DNA of 63,988 bases, filler included, from Folioceros fuciformis (taxonomy: Eukaryota), in the NCBI GenBank assembly GCA_049999805.1. It is 3 parts of one record of this genome, joined end to end, with 100 filler letters (N's around TTAATTAATTAA, not from the genome) between each part and the next. Parts side by side here need not be neighbours in the genome. Positions count along the whole stretch, not along the records: positions 1 to 14,048 come from JBNGIO010005931.1; positions 14,149 to 37,156 come from JBNGIO010005931.1; 1 more part is not named here. One strand, 5' to 3'. The translations under genes were made by a program, and so were the position numbers. Under the pieces are notes generated by a model. That model had not been told where the DNA came from, made no database searches, and was given only the letters and a program-made list of their open reading frames with translations. Positions within the stretch are counted from its first letter, which is position 1. Every line of letters begins with the position of its first letter. Positions 10,856 to 24,300 of this stretch are shown here, piece by piece.

Positions 10856-13800
10856 TGTTCGCTTTACCTAATTAGGCTATGTAGTTAGGTTAAATTTAAA
10901 TATATATATACATATTCTATCCTAGGGCTACGAACGACGATTAGTCGTTAGTAACTGCCATGTCTCGTGAACACCACGCGAACGTCACTTGAATGCTGGT
11001 TCACTTGTTTGCACTCTAGCGTCGTGTGTCTTTCCTAGCACGGTTGTGCGCTTAATGCAATCCTAATCGCTGTTCATAAACGACATGGTATCAGAGCTTG
11101 GTACCAGGCCTTGAAGCTATCCATTCGCTCTCTGCCGAGGAGCTGTAGCTTTTTGTCGCCTGGACAGAAAGCAAATGGATATCTTCAATACCCTGCACAA
11201 ACAACTGATGTGAGATGGACTCCCTTGCCGCCAAGTGTGGCTGGTTGTTGTACCTGGCGAAATTTGTAGGACCATAGCTCGAGACGCTGATCTACAAGCT
11301 TGTCGACCAAACAGCCAGTCATGCGAAGGCGCAAGAGAGACGCAAAAGCCTGAAACTGCGCAAGAAGGTTGTCAAAATTCAGATGCGTCGATCTAGGAAC
11401 AGCTAGAAAAGTCAGGCTTTATGGATTGCTTACTGTGAGTAGCTGGCGCTGCTGGTGGAGCGACGTGAAGGCGCACATTCCGCTCGCGAATTGAGAAGCT
11501 GGTAGGACGCAGCAAGAATGGTCCAAGAATTGATGAAGGGAGGCTCACCTGCTCCATACGATGGCACACCGTCACCGCAGCCATAGAGGGAATCAGCATA
11601 GAGCCTTCCAGCCCGTACCTCTCTACAAAATTACCAACCTGCCCATTGAGAGGAATAGATAGCCAGATAGGCATCTCTAGAGAGAAAGGATCCCAAATTT
11701 AGCCACCGCTAATCCCAATATTCACCAGCACTGTAGGTCTGTGCAGCAACGTCAACGGGAGTCAGCACCCTTACATCTTGAGTCATTCACAAGAGAGGAC
11801 GAGTCCCTCACCGTTGCCGTGCAGCATCTCACCCAGAGACTTGACAACATCAATAGCACTGCACTCTGCCGAACCTAGCACATTCTTACCACGTTAGACA
11901 GTCTTACAGACCAGATAGTCAGGTTGGAGGATCACTTGCAACAAATAGATATCAAACTTTTTGTTTTGATGAAGCCACAGCTGCAGGAGAGTAATAGAAT
12001 TACCCAAACTCTTATGTCAAACCAAAGACGACCAAAAGTGTGCTGTGTGCATGTCCAGGCCGATGGAGTCCAACAATGTGGGTAGCTGTTGATTCATGAG
12101 TGAGCGAGGGACTTACACATCTCCAGAGTGGCTCAAGAAACTTGCTCAAGAAGTTGGGCTGATTGATTTTGATGACTACTCTGAAGAAGGTACGGATGTG
12201 GACTCTGGGCGAGCATCTATAAATACAAACTTGTCACACGAAGATTATTCCTGGTTCTGGAAATCCAAAATGGATGATGATGACAAAGCACGAGTTGAAA
12301 TGATCAACGCACTGCAATCTCTGACCAGCGGTGGTTTCAAGGAAAAGGACTGACTGGTCACTGGTGTTGAATATGACATCTGGGTCATGAGGATGCAAGG
12401 AGCATTGGAAGAGAAAAATTTATGTGAAATTGTGAGTGGTGCAACACCAAAACCTGGAGAGGGTTCTGCAGACCTACCTGTTTGGAGGCTGGCGAACATT
12501 AGGGCAAGAAACCTGATCAAGTCAGGCCTTGCACCAGAGATGATGCGTCAAGCATCTGATGGACCAGGTGACTCGGCAAAAGACATGTGGAACCATCTTG
12601 CTATGATGTTTGCCTCCCATGATATGGCGGCATCCGTGTCTACATCTGCAAGATATCATAGTTTGCGGATGTCAGAAGGGGAGACAGTTGAACATTACAT
12701 AGCTCGGTTTAGAATTGCCCGTGCAAGATTGAGTTCAACTAGGACAAAGATTTCAGACTACGACGCAGCTTGTAGATTGTTAAGTTCCTTACCACCAAGT
12801 TACGGGCCCTTTGTCACTGGTCAACAAGCCATGGCGAAGGTTGAGACCAGAATAGCCAAGGCCTTGAAGCTTGATGCAGATCCTCTAACTTTCAATGGAG
12901 TTGTTAGTGCGATGTTGCAGGAAGAAGCCACGCGGCTGTCTTTACGCTCTGCAAAACAGCAAACACAGGGTCAGCAAGCCCTTTTTGCAGGTAGAGGCAA
13001 ACCATTCAAGAGAGGCCGAGGTGGCTGGAGTGCAAACCGTGGTGGTAGGACAGCTGCAAGTGGACCTAGCCAAAGCTCAGGCAGCCAGAAGAGGACAGGT
13101 AGCTGCAATTGGTGCGGTATACCAAGTCACTTAGCACGTGACTGTCGCAAAAGAAAGGCCGGCGAGCCTAGAAAGGATGGTGCAGGATCTCCTAAGGCAC
13201 ACAATGTGCAGGCACCTAAGAAGAAGCACGCATAGGTAATTTTGACTATGTGCCTTACCACTGCTGGCTCGCATACCCCAGCGTGGTTCATTGATTAAGG
13301 TGCCTCTGCGCACATCTGCCACAACAAAGCTTCCTTTTGTGAGAACAGACCGTACAGGGAAGTACAATCGGTGCTGCTAGGAGATGAAAGCACATTACCA
13401 ATTGTTGGCATAGGCAAGGTCACGCTGCCTTTACATCACGGAGGGAATCTCGAATTAAGTGATGTTTTACATGTACCTGCAGTAACAAAGAATTTATTGT
13501 CAGTTCAGAAACTTACTGTGGATAGAGCAATGCAAGTTTCTTTTTGAGGGGACAAGTGCACAATAGTGAGGAGCACGGATCCGGGTGTAGCAATTGCTGA
13601 AGGATATCCAGTCAATGATATCTACCAATTGAGCACTCCCGGTAGCAAGTTACCTACCCTGAATATTGCTGGCCTTGGAGGCAATGTTTCCTCGCATGAG
13701 GTAGCCACTGTTTGGCACTTGAGGTGTGGCCATCCTCATGGAAAGAAGCTGCAAGCTGTGGCAAACAGTGCCTTGTATTCTGACGGCATTACAGGTCAAG

Positions 13801-14048
13801 TGGGGGACCTGCCACTATGCGAAGCATGCGTTTGTGCCAAACACCATGAATTTGCATTTGACAAGTCAGGAGCTCACCGTGCTGCAGCTCCTTTGGATTT
13901 GGTGCATTCGGATATTTGTGGCCCCATCTTCGTTCCGAGCATTGGTGGAGGCTCGTATTTCATGACTTTCATTGATGATTCTACACGATATTGCATGCTA
14001 TATATCCTGAGGCACAAAAGTGAGGCTCTGGAGAGATTTAAGGATTAT
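10856..14048 (+). mobile_element. Ty1/copia LTR retrotransposon, 5' half (LTR 10856-11085, PBS, gag, protease, start of integrase), ending at a gap
   Basis: TG...CA LTR followed by tRNA-iMet PBS TGGTATCAGAGC (11086-11097). Gag zinc knuckle CNWCGIPSHLARDC, protease WFID*GAS, GAG-pre-integrase WHLRCGH...CEAC, integrase LVHSDICGP. Confidence 0.92.
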
Positions 14049-14148
14049 NNNNNNNNNNNNNNNNNNNNNNNNNNNNNNNNNNNNNNNNNNNNTTAATTAA
14101 TTAANNNNNNNNNNNNNNNNNNNNNNNNNNNNNNNNNNNNNNNNNNNN
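14049..14148. other. Assembly gap with artificial TTAATTAATTAA linker (14093-14104)
   Basis: N44-TTAATTAATTAA-N44; identical structure at 37157-37256. Confidence 0.95.
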
Positions 14149-17100
14149 CACCAAGCACAAAGGTAAGAGCTCCAATGTCTTTCATGTCATACTGCTTGTG
14201 GAGCATCCCCTTAACCCAATCCAACAGCTTCCTGTTGTTTGACGCGAGGATTGCATCGTCAACATATAGGGCTAATATCACCATGTGTTCTCCATCAGTA
14301 TATGTGTACACATTGGCATCAGCAGGGTTTTGAACAAAGCCTATGGACTTCAGGTATTTATCAATGCACTTATACCATTCTCGTGCACTTTGCTTTAAAC
14401 CATATAAAGTCTTCTTCAGCCTGCAAACCCAATCAAGGTGCTCAGGGTCGACGAAACCCTCTGGTTGGTCCATGTAGATGTCCTCCTCAAGATCTCCATA
14501 CAGGAACGCTGTTGAGACATCCATCTGCTCAAGATCCCAGTCCTTTGCAACTGCTAGAGCGAGCATCATCCTAATAGACTGGGTCTTGACTACAGGGTTG
14601 AAGGTTTCATTGAAGTCGACCCCAGCAACTTGAGAAAATCCCCAGGCTACTAGGCGACTTTTATATCTGGCGATTTATCCTTGGGCGCTAAGCTTGTGCT
14701 TAAACACCCACTTGCAACTCACTGTCTTCCGCCCAGCAGGTAGAGGACACAATTCCCAGGTTCCGTTCTTCATGAGTGAATTGTACTCATCCTGGATAGA
14801 TGGAATCCAGTGATGCTTGTCAGGGCCAATTATTGCTTCCTTATAGGTGCGGGGTTCTGCAGGGTGAACTGTGCTGGTGGAGAAAACTTCACAAAGCCTA
14901 CCGGACCTAGGGAGTCTGAAGTCTTCAGGCTGATAGGGTTTCTCGTGCCATTGGTCACGAGTAGGTCGTGATCGACTGGGGTATCTCCTTTCTTCAACAA
15001 CAGGTTCAGTATCGGAAGTAACATCCTCAACATGATCAGGCATATCCTCCTGCTCTTGGTAAGAGGTATCCACTCCGGCATGATCAGCTGTTCCTGTATC
15101 AGTATTATCACCAAGATCTGACCCGGAATCTGTGTCCACAGAACTAGTAGCATCATTGGCTGCAGAGTCAGGTACGGGCTATGGGAGCATGGGCTGTGCA
15201 GACACTAGCGTATACTACTTCAATGGGGAAGGTTGGTATGGCTGTGGCTGCTGGCCTGTGTGTTGAGACTGAGATGCTAGATTAATACCACCCCCTGAAC
15301 TGCCGACTGGTTGATGTGGCCAAACAGGGAGAGCAGAAGGCGATTCATAGGCAGCATCCTGTGGGTACTCAGATGGAGACTCATCAAAGTCTGTGGGCTC
15401 TTGTGGAGGAGAGGAGGAACTAAGAAACTCAGCATCCACTGCAGCTGTCCGAGAAGCAGGATGGACCAACTCCTTGAAGGTAACACTACGGGCAAATATC
15501 AAGGACTTGGTAGGTGGGTCATAGAGTTTATAGGCCTTGGTCTCTTCTCCATAGCCAATAAAGATAAGGGGTTGAGCTCTGTCGTCAAGCTTCTTACGCT
15601 GCTCTTCATGAATAAAGGCGTATGCAGGTGAACCAAACACCCGCAAATGAAGCAGACTAGGTTTCCGCTTCCACATAACCTGATAAGGTGTGCGATCAGG
15701 AACTGATTTTGTGAGAAGCCGGTTAAGAATGTAGGTAGCACAAACAACTGCCTTTGCCCAGTAAGCTTTGCTTAGGCCAGACCAGGCTAACATGCTGCAT
15801 GTCATGCTGAGCAGGGTCTGATTTCTCCGCTCGGCCACTCCATTCTGCTGCTGGGTGTAAGGGATACTCAGCTGACGAGTGATACCTTGAGCAGCCAAAT
15901 ATTCATCAAAAACAGAGTTGACGAATTCAGTCTCGTTGTCGGATCTGAGGCAGCGAAGGTAGCAACCTGTTTGTTTCTGCACCATGACTAACCACTCCTT
16001 GAAGAACTGAAATGTGTCAGATTTCCTCTTCATCGGGTAAGTCCAAGAGTAGCGGCTATAGTCGTCAGTGAGAGTCAAGTAATAAAGGGAGCCACCAAGC
16101 GACGGTACGTGTATCTTCCCTGAGATGTCAGTATGAACAAGGTCCAAAACGTTGGATGTCCTGAATGCAGGGTTTGAAGGGAAAGGCAACTCCCTTTGCT
16201 TAGCAACTATGCAAGAGTCACAGGTCGGGAGCTCCTTAAAACATTTTGGAAGAGGTTCCCTATAGCACTCAAGGTTAGACATTTTGACTAGCTTGTCCTT
16301 GTTTGCATGACCTGAACGAGCATGCCAGAGTTGTGCAAGCCTAGCCTGTGAGTGAACAGCAACACGAGTACTAGCAGCAGGCATACATGTTAAATCTAAC
16401 CTGTAGAGATCATGCTCTAACAAACCTCTGGCCACCACAGAGCTTCTGGAGCCCCGCTTGGAGATAAGACAGCCAAAAGAATTGAAGGTAAGATCAAAAC
16501 AATTCATACGCATGAGCTGACTAACAGACAGCAAGTGTTTAGCCATGTCAGGAACATACAGCACTTTATCCAGACAAAAGAGACGACCATCAGGCTTCAG
16601 GAAATTACAAGAACCTCGACCCAATATCTTGAGGCCTGAACGGGTGAGTTCATCACCAAGCAGTACCTTCTCAGTTGTATGTATGGGGACGAAGTTGCTG
16701 AGCAAATGCCGGTTGTGACAAATATGTGTCGTTGCTCCTGAGTCCAGGTACCAAGCATCATTCTTAGAGGATGTTGAGAGGCAGGTTGTTACCATCACGA
16801 CTGGTTGCTTGCCTGACGAAGATTTGTCCTTGGAGACCGTATGTGCCTCAGCCACTTTGTGTGCCTTCTCGGCCTTCTTAGGCTCTCCAGATTTCTTTTT
16901 ACGGCATTCCCTCTCCCAATGGCCAGGGGTGCCGCACCAATTACAGGAACCAACTCTTTTGGTTGACCCGGATTTGGTATCTTTAGAGGAGCCAGCAGCA
17001 GAGGTATTCCTATTCTTGTTGAAGGTACGAGATTTAGATGTGAACAAGACTTTATCTATTTTAGTACGTCCATGGTTGGAATGTGAATTGCTGCATGACT

Positions 17101-19548
17101 GTTCCTCTTGAAACGAAGCCCCTACGACATCAGTAAAACTAATCTGTACTGGTTGTCCTGCAGCTGCAGCTTTTCCTGCATCACGTAATGATGCTCCATA
17201 ACTGGAAACGAAAGGCTGGTAGCTAGAAGGCAGACTTGTCAAAAGCTGGGCTACTGCATCTAATTCGGTCATGGGTGAACCTAGAGATGCAAGATGGGAA
17301 CGCAGATGTCTGCACTTAGCTATGAAGACAGCAACTTTCTCGTTGTCCTTCATACGTAAGGTAAGCAACTCGCCCCTAACAGCTACAAGTGTCAAAATGT
17401 TCTTGACATCGTAGGTTTGTGAAAGTTGGTTCCAAATATCCTCAGCTTTTGAAAGGAAGGCAACATCTGGTACAAGGACCTCATCGAGGCCACTGATGAT
17501 CAAAGCTCGTGCCACGTTGTTGGCATTATCCCACCTGCCCTTGTCCACTTAAGGAGCATTGATGGGAGGTTGTGGGGACTGCCCGCTCACGACAGTCCAT
17601 ACGTGTCCAGCATCAAGGGCTGCTTGCATGCGAACACTCCACACGGGGTACTTGTTCCTGTTAAACCTGTCACGTTCTTTGAATTCCACAGTATAAGAAG
17701 GCTGATAGGTTGCAGGGTAAAGAGCACCATATCCTGCTCCATGAGGTAGAGGCAAGAGTTGTTGTGTGCCTGCAGGTGCAACTGGCGGAGGAGCTGGGGT
17801 TGGCCATATGGTTCTGTGCCGAAAGCAGAGAAGGGATTCACAAAGCCAGCTCCTCCCCTTGGCAGTGGATTCACGGGCCCTGCTCCTAGTGTAGGCAGAG
17901 GGTTCCCGAAGCCAGCTCCAAAAGTCGGCAGTGGATTGAAAAGACCTGCTCCTGATGTGGCAGGAAAATATGTTGGCATAGTTCCAGTTCCTTGCGCAGC
18001 TGCAGTAAAGGTATAGGGTACTGTATTTGTGGCAGATGTAGATGTAGCAGCTTGTGTGATTGAGGCTGACACTGCCCCGCATGTTGCAGATGGTTGAGCG
18101 GCGGTGGAAGCCGCGGCGGATGTTAGCGCCGGACCACTTGGCGCGGAACCTATCGGCAAGGGCCCGCTAGAAGAGGACGCCGCGGCACCCGCAGCAGTGG
18201 CCCCAAGCAAAGCACCGGCTGCAGATTGCCCAAGACCCTGAGTCGTATCTGGATTTCCGGCCATGGTGTTGCGCTACAGGTCAGAGATACAGCAATAGGC
18301 TTTCTCAAAGGTCAGGGGTTCTTGCGGAGAGGTCACTGCTGTTTATGAGAGGAAGTACGGGTCTGAAGAGGTGCCTGCAAAGGTTGCGACTCTGCAATTC
18401 CTGTGCCAGGTAATCGTCTTCCAAAGCTTGTGCCGCTTCATAGCATCAGACGTGACCCTTCACATCTCCCTCTTGCTGCGCGCAGGTGCGTGGAGCGGCT
18501 AGAGATGGTGGAAACACACGGCGCCGTCAGAAAATGCTGCTGCGACAACCGTCCTTCGGAGATGTTTCCTCAAAATCAAGCGCGCCCTTCAGATGTGCTG
18601 CAAGGGCATTAATTTGTGTCTTGATTTCTTGGATGTCCAGAAGGATTTGTGCTGTCAAAGCTTGATTTCTGGTGGTGTGGCGGAAGAGCATAGCCTGCAG
18701 GTCTTGGTAGTCGATTGAGGAGGTCTCGTACGGAATCACGCTCAGCAAGTGACGGTGAGAGGCAGCCTGAGCATCACCGTGTTCTTCCTGAATTTGATGA
18801 ATGCAGCCCTTCCTCCTGTTGTTATTGCCAGGCCTGATGTGGTCTGATCGGCTTGGATGCAGATTAAACCTAGCCCTGGCCGGTGTGTTTGTAGCTGTCT
18901 GCTGGCGCGAGCCCGGATGCAAGCGTGAGGGAAGAGTATCAACCGAAGAGCTTCTGGAGGACGGACCACGTCGTCGAAGACGATCCCGTTCTCGAATGAA
19001 CCTCTCTGTGATAAAATTGTTGTAGCTCCTATTTCCCGGTTGCTTGTTTCTGCGAGGCATTTTGGAGTGCCGTGTGTCCTGTCTGCATACTACCCAGCAG
19101 TGATGCAGCGGAAGTCTTTTACTTGCAACTCAATCTGCCTTTTAAATTAGTGATCTCTATCTAATGTGGACATGCGGGTGGTAACGGATTGTCGCGCACA
19201 CGAACCGAACGCCATAAGGAAATGGTTGCCGGATTGTGTGCCCGATAAGCCCTTGTACTACATGCATCTACCACATCAGAATTAGATACATAAAGCAGAT
19301 TAGATTAGGATCGGATATCAAAGCCAGAGGATCGGATATCAAAGCCAGAGGCTCTGATACCATGTCAGTTCGCTTGGAGTTGCTGGGACAGCAGACTAGG
19401 AAAACATGGAAAGCAAAACAATGATTAATAACATTGGTCAAAGAGAATGTGTTATATACATATGTCTTGTTCTCTAAGTGACCTTTCGGTAACCCTAGCT
19501 ATTTAACCCTAAGAGTGGTTATATAAATAACCCTAAGTTATTCCAACA
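14149..19548 (-). mobile_element. Ty1/copia LTR retrotransposon (5' LTR 19363-19548, PBS 19351-19362, gag-pol through RT), 3' end in the gap
   Basis: Minus-strand TG...CA LTR followed by TGGTATCAGAGC. CNWCGTPGHWEREC, WYLDSGAT, integrase LRSDNETEF/QQNGVAERRN, RT QMDVSTAFL/LYGLKQS/LYVDD. Confidence 0.93.
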
Positions 19549-20256
19549 CTCTTCACTCAATAGCACTGCTTCCCGGGCTTTGATTGACTTTTTCCCCAAG
19601 ACATCTAGTGTCTGGAGCAAGCTCTCCGTAGTCACCTTCTTCGAGATATTGGATGAGCGCTTGGATGAGCGCTTTGATCCGCCTTCGCTGACCATTTCTT
19701 GGAAGACATTGTCATCGTCGACCTCTTCGATGTGAGCTTGTTTTGGTTCGTCAGACTCTTCCACGTCCTCATCTTTGGGTCGATCTCCGCTGTCTGCATT
19801 GTCAGAATTGTCTCCATCTCGACCCGTGATATACCTCTCAATCTTGATCTGCATGGATCTGGTTTGGGGTCTACTCCACCCATATCCAACTGTCATGAAC
19901 TCGTAATTCTCATATAGCCCTTTTTCAGCAACGATGTTGTCTTTTTCCCAAACCATGGTGTAGACGCCTCCCTTTCCACACCATTTTCGCAAGCCTTCGC
20001 GAATCTCACTCTTTTGATCTGGACTGTGCATGCAAAGTACTCGGAAAGTTTGACAATCAGTCACTTTAAAAAACCCTTCCATGATCTTTTCCATGTCCTT
20101 AGCACTAAACTCTTTATCCCACAGTTCTGCATAGTTTCCTCTTGGCAAATCAAGTATAAGAAGCTTGTACTCACACTTGTTGAGGATCATTAGTGGGGGA
20201 GTCAATAGGGAAGTGTAGAAGGTAGTTGTGTCAAATGTTGCTGGTGCTGGAGGGAA
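19549..20256 (-). pseudogene. Divergent third fragment of the transposon beta-class MTase-like domain (N-terminal half), cut by the copia LTR
   Basis: YKLLILDLPRGNYAELWDKEF...GFFKVTDCQTFRVLCMH...LRKWCGKGGVYTMVWEKDNI...YEFMTVG aligns closely with copies A and B. Confidence 0.7.
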
Positions 20257-20296
20257 GGAGTGGAGTGGAGTGGAGTGGAGTGGAGTGGAGTGGAGT
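20257..20296. repeat. (GGAGT)8 microsatellite
   Basis: Direct reading. Confidence 0.95.
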
Positions 20297-21399
20297 GAGG
20301 GAAGTCGCAAATCTGAGAGGTTAAAGTCATTGTAGTGACTAGAGTGAATTTGTGGGCACCAAGAGAGGTACAGTTGACTGCTAGACAGCGAAAACTATCC
20401 CACGCCTCATCGAAGCTGGAGGGGAGCCCTCGAATCTGTCATCGAGTCGATTGAGTCCAACCCTCCATCTATAGCAGCGAGGAACCCCATAGCTCCTTTG
20501 TGGGAACAAAACCCAATGTCTCAACGACAGTGGGATAAGTGCGGTCACTAAAGGTCAAACCCATTGGCAAACAGTGCCTGGGATTTTGCCACCACAACGG
20601 GGCACCTTACTCCACTTCCCAGGGATTTCCCACTACTACATCCCAGCACACCATATTACAAAAAAAGGGACATGTTATATATATGCAACCCGTGTTGTTA
20701 CGGTGTCCTAGAACAGTGGAATTGTAACTCTATCGTAACACGAAGCTTGTAACAATTTCTGGTGTTATGGTATGGTGGTTTGGGGAGAGGTTTACGCTCA
20801 GCTTTGGTGCCTTCCGTAAAGAGCATTCATTTATGCCTCCTTTATCGAGGCATTCGTTTGAATTGGCCGCTCTGAACCAGAAGCGCTCCCCACCAGCTAA
20901 ATGGTTGACCTCGATTGACATAACAATGTAGCATTATTCGCTATAAATGTGACAGGATTGGCAGAATGTTTTTCTATAAATTGGTAATACATTTGGTTGC
21001 ATGCAAAGCCATGGTGAAGTGCGCAAAGGGTTGACATGGTGTCTCCGTATATGGAGTTCCATTTCCTTTTGCTGTAAGCTCAAAATCAATGCACTCCCAA
21101 GGTGTACACACTTACATCGCTAAGCAATAAAGGAGGAACATGTTGATTGATTATGGAATCATATTCTCGCATTGCATATAAGATGGCCCTGTCACTCATG
21201 ACACTCCGGCGGTGTGGAAGGTCGCAGGTACCAAAACTCCCCTCGGAGCAGTCGGGTGACAAGATCTGGGTAGTTTTGTTTTGTGCTTGATCCATAGAGT
21301 GACTAATTACAGTAGTCTCGGCGGCCCCTTTTATATCCAAAAGTCTTCTTGGCCCATGGCAACTTCACTCTTCGGCTTTGTTTGTTTTTCTTTGTTTCT

Positions 21400-24300
21400 T
21401 TTCACTAATAGTAGGTCCTCGGGTCTTTACATTGGGGTAGGGATGGACCCAAAGTTCCTCGGCCCTTGGCGGTTTTAGGAGTAGTTAGGCACCTATAAAA
21501 GGATGGGGGGAGGGCTACATTCAGCCACTGTTGTTTGCTCAAGTGAGGAGGTGGCTTGTTCCCCCACGATGGGGGAACATGGAACGTACTAACTAGACCC
21601 ATTCGAAATAACAACCCTAGTGGTGGAACTCGGACAGGGAATGAGTAGTGGCCACCACCAAACGCGAAGCGCAACAAGGAAGGAGAACCCTTGGGCACCC
21701 CGATCCGGTGTATTCCAAGAGCAAGGCAGGGTGAAAGAGGAGCGCCGCAGTGAGGCCGGCCCCAAGGAGAAGACCGACATATGGAAGCGGGGCCTAGAAG
21801 GACCTACGGCCGTTGACATACAACAGAGCAGAGTGAGGGGGTACCGCGAGCCGGGAGGTTGGACAGGCAAAGCACGGACGGTGAAAGGAAGGAACCGGGA
21901 GGAGGGGTGGGATGGCTTCTCAGGCCGCAGCAACGATCGCGACCGGCTAGTGGCCCAACATGGACCACTCGAAGGCTCGTGCTGGTCCTTTAGTGCAAGA
22001 GCTGGGACTAGGATTCATGGGGAAAATGTGGTGTTATGATAGCCCAACTCTGGTATAGGAGTGTGCCCAGTACCTAAGAGTGAGGACTCTAGACTCCACG
22101 CTGATCCCACGCAGCATCATCCCGAGCTCTACTTTTACATCTGGGAGTTGAACTGACTGAATCAGCAGCATCGTTGGTTCCAACTATAAAGGGTTCCTGG
22201 CAGCTTCCGGTGAACACTAGGTACTCGGGCGGTAGCCCCTAGTGGCCAGTATTCGTAGGGCAAACCTCTATGATGCTTTGCACCGTGAGCATAGAATGTC
22301 GAACTCTAAAACGAAGCTGTGTGACCGAATGACGAGCAGACTTGGGCATCATATACACCTCGACATAAAAGGACTTGTCCCCTAGATCTAGGGGGAAGCC
22401 TGAGGCAGAGACCACAGGATTGGAGCATGGAGCTTTTTTGAGAGGTATATGAACATGAAGAGGAAGAGCAAGGAGGCATTGTGATCGACCTTCAAAGAAA
22501 GAAGACTCTGAAAATTGCCGTGATTTCCCTCATGAAACCTAGAGAGGTGAGAACTAACAATGGTTGGGTAGTCTACTAGTTGGCTTTAGCCCCCGTTGGT
22601 GGGGCTGGCCAAATGGATTTTATGCTTCTTGCAAAGCAAGAAGATAGATCATATGGTCGATCATTTTCTGGTCTTCCTCCATGAGGTGGTCAATGGTGCA
22701 CAGGTAAATTGGACTCGAATTATTTTCAAGTGGGCAAGTAAGGAAAGGGCCAACTTGCTAGTGAAATCTCCCCGTCCCTCCCTCCTCTCACCTTTCTTGA
22801 TTCACCTTCTTGCCCACACTAAGTGTTTAACCGAGTTGGAAGTGGTGTCCTCCCTCCATAGATGGAAGCCAGTCAGGGAGATCAAGGTCGAGGAGGAGCC
22901 TAAAAATGTTTCGGGGAGGATTCCAACAGTTGGGAGTATGAGACGCTGGGGGATCAAGAGGGGAAAGCTGCGACAACCAGGAAGAGGAAGGGTCAAGCAA
23001 TAGGGCGAGGCAGGGCCAAGAGAGAGAAGACCGGGCCAAGCGAACAGGAGGTGGCAACCCCAACTCAAATCACCAGATCTAGGGTTGCCATAGAATCATG
23101 AGAGGAACCGAGAAAAGAGAAAAGGCAACCCACTCCCGCCACAACACAGAAAAACGATGTGCCAGGAGTTAATGGATCTGTAGTTGGAGCAAGAGAGTTA
23201 GTGTCGACGGCGGAGGGTTTTGAGGAGTGGAAGGATATTTTCGGGGCCACTCCCTTGAGCTGACCAGCAAGAGCAGGAGCAGAGGGCGTAGCCCGAGTAA
23301 AAGAGTAGCTCTGGAAAAGGATGGGGTGGGAGCAGCCCAGATCGGCGATTTACAAGGACTGACCTTAGCCATGGCCCAGACCTAGATGGACCTCCTCAAC
23401 TAGGCCGCCGTGGCACTCACATGGCTCAGCATGCAGGGGCAACAGGAGAAAATGTTGAGAGAAAAGCTGGAAGAGGTCGAATGCAAAAACCAGGTAGTGG
23501 AGGAGTTGAAGGTGATGGCAAATCAGCAAGAGGCCCTGGTAAATCAGGTGAAGACATCCCATGCTACAATTGAGGAGCTTCAAAATGAAATCTCTTGAAC
23601 TCAAGAGCCAATGGTGACACTGGAAAAATTCAAAAGGCTGGCCGAGAGATACAAGAGGGAGCGGGATGAGGCAAGAGCCAGGGTTAGGAGCAAGGTGGGG
23701 AGGCCGAAGAAGGGAAAATCTTCAGCCACTGCGGTGGCCGAAGCGGCAACTATGGTGGAATCAGCCACTATTGCGGAGACAGGAACCGGAGTGGTTGAGT
23801 TCGTCACCGTTGTGAAAGGAGGAACGGGGATGGTGGAACCAGCCACTGACAAGACTATGGTAGAGGAGCATGCAACACCCTTGGAATGCAGGAGGCAGCC
23901 ACCCAAGGACTGTCAACTGGAGGAGTGGGTAAGGACCTCTCTAGTTGGGGGCCACATTGTACTGCGATGTAGGGATGAAGATACCCATGTTCCTGGCTTC
24001 CAATTGAATGGTGAGCGGGTGCTCACTCTAAATGTGTATGTGGTGGTTGGAACAAGAGGGGGCAGGAACTAATGGCTGCACCCTTTAACAACCACGGGCT
24101 GTTACCAATGGTTCTTGCAAATGGGTGCTGGAGTGTACTCCTCACAAGTGAGGCTGCAGGATATGGCAGAAGAGGAAGTGCAGGTTTGGGTGGAAGATTG
24201 CACAGTGTGGTTGTCTAGTGAGGAAGAGCTAATACGGAGCCCTAGGAGAGAGGAGAGAGCTGTGGATAGTGGAAGTGAAGTGGAAGTATCGTGGGAAGAC

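Noticed and set aside
10856-19548. A single copia element spanning the gap
   Set aside because: The two halves are on opposite strands, each has its own 5' LTR and PBS, the LTR sequences differ, and the flanks (AAGGA vs CTCTT) are not a TSD.
21621-21645. Primer-binding site (TGGTGGAACTCGGACAGGGA) of an LTR element
   Set aside because: Not directly preceded by a clear LTR-terminal CA, and I cannot match it to a tRNA 3' end.
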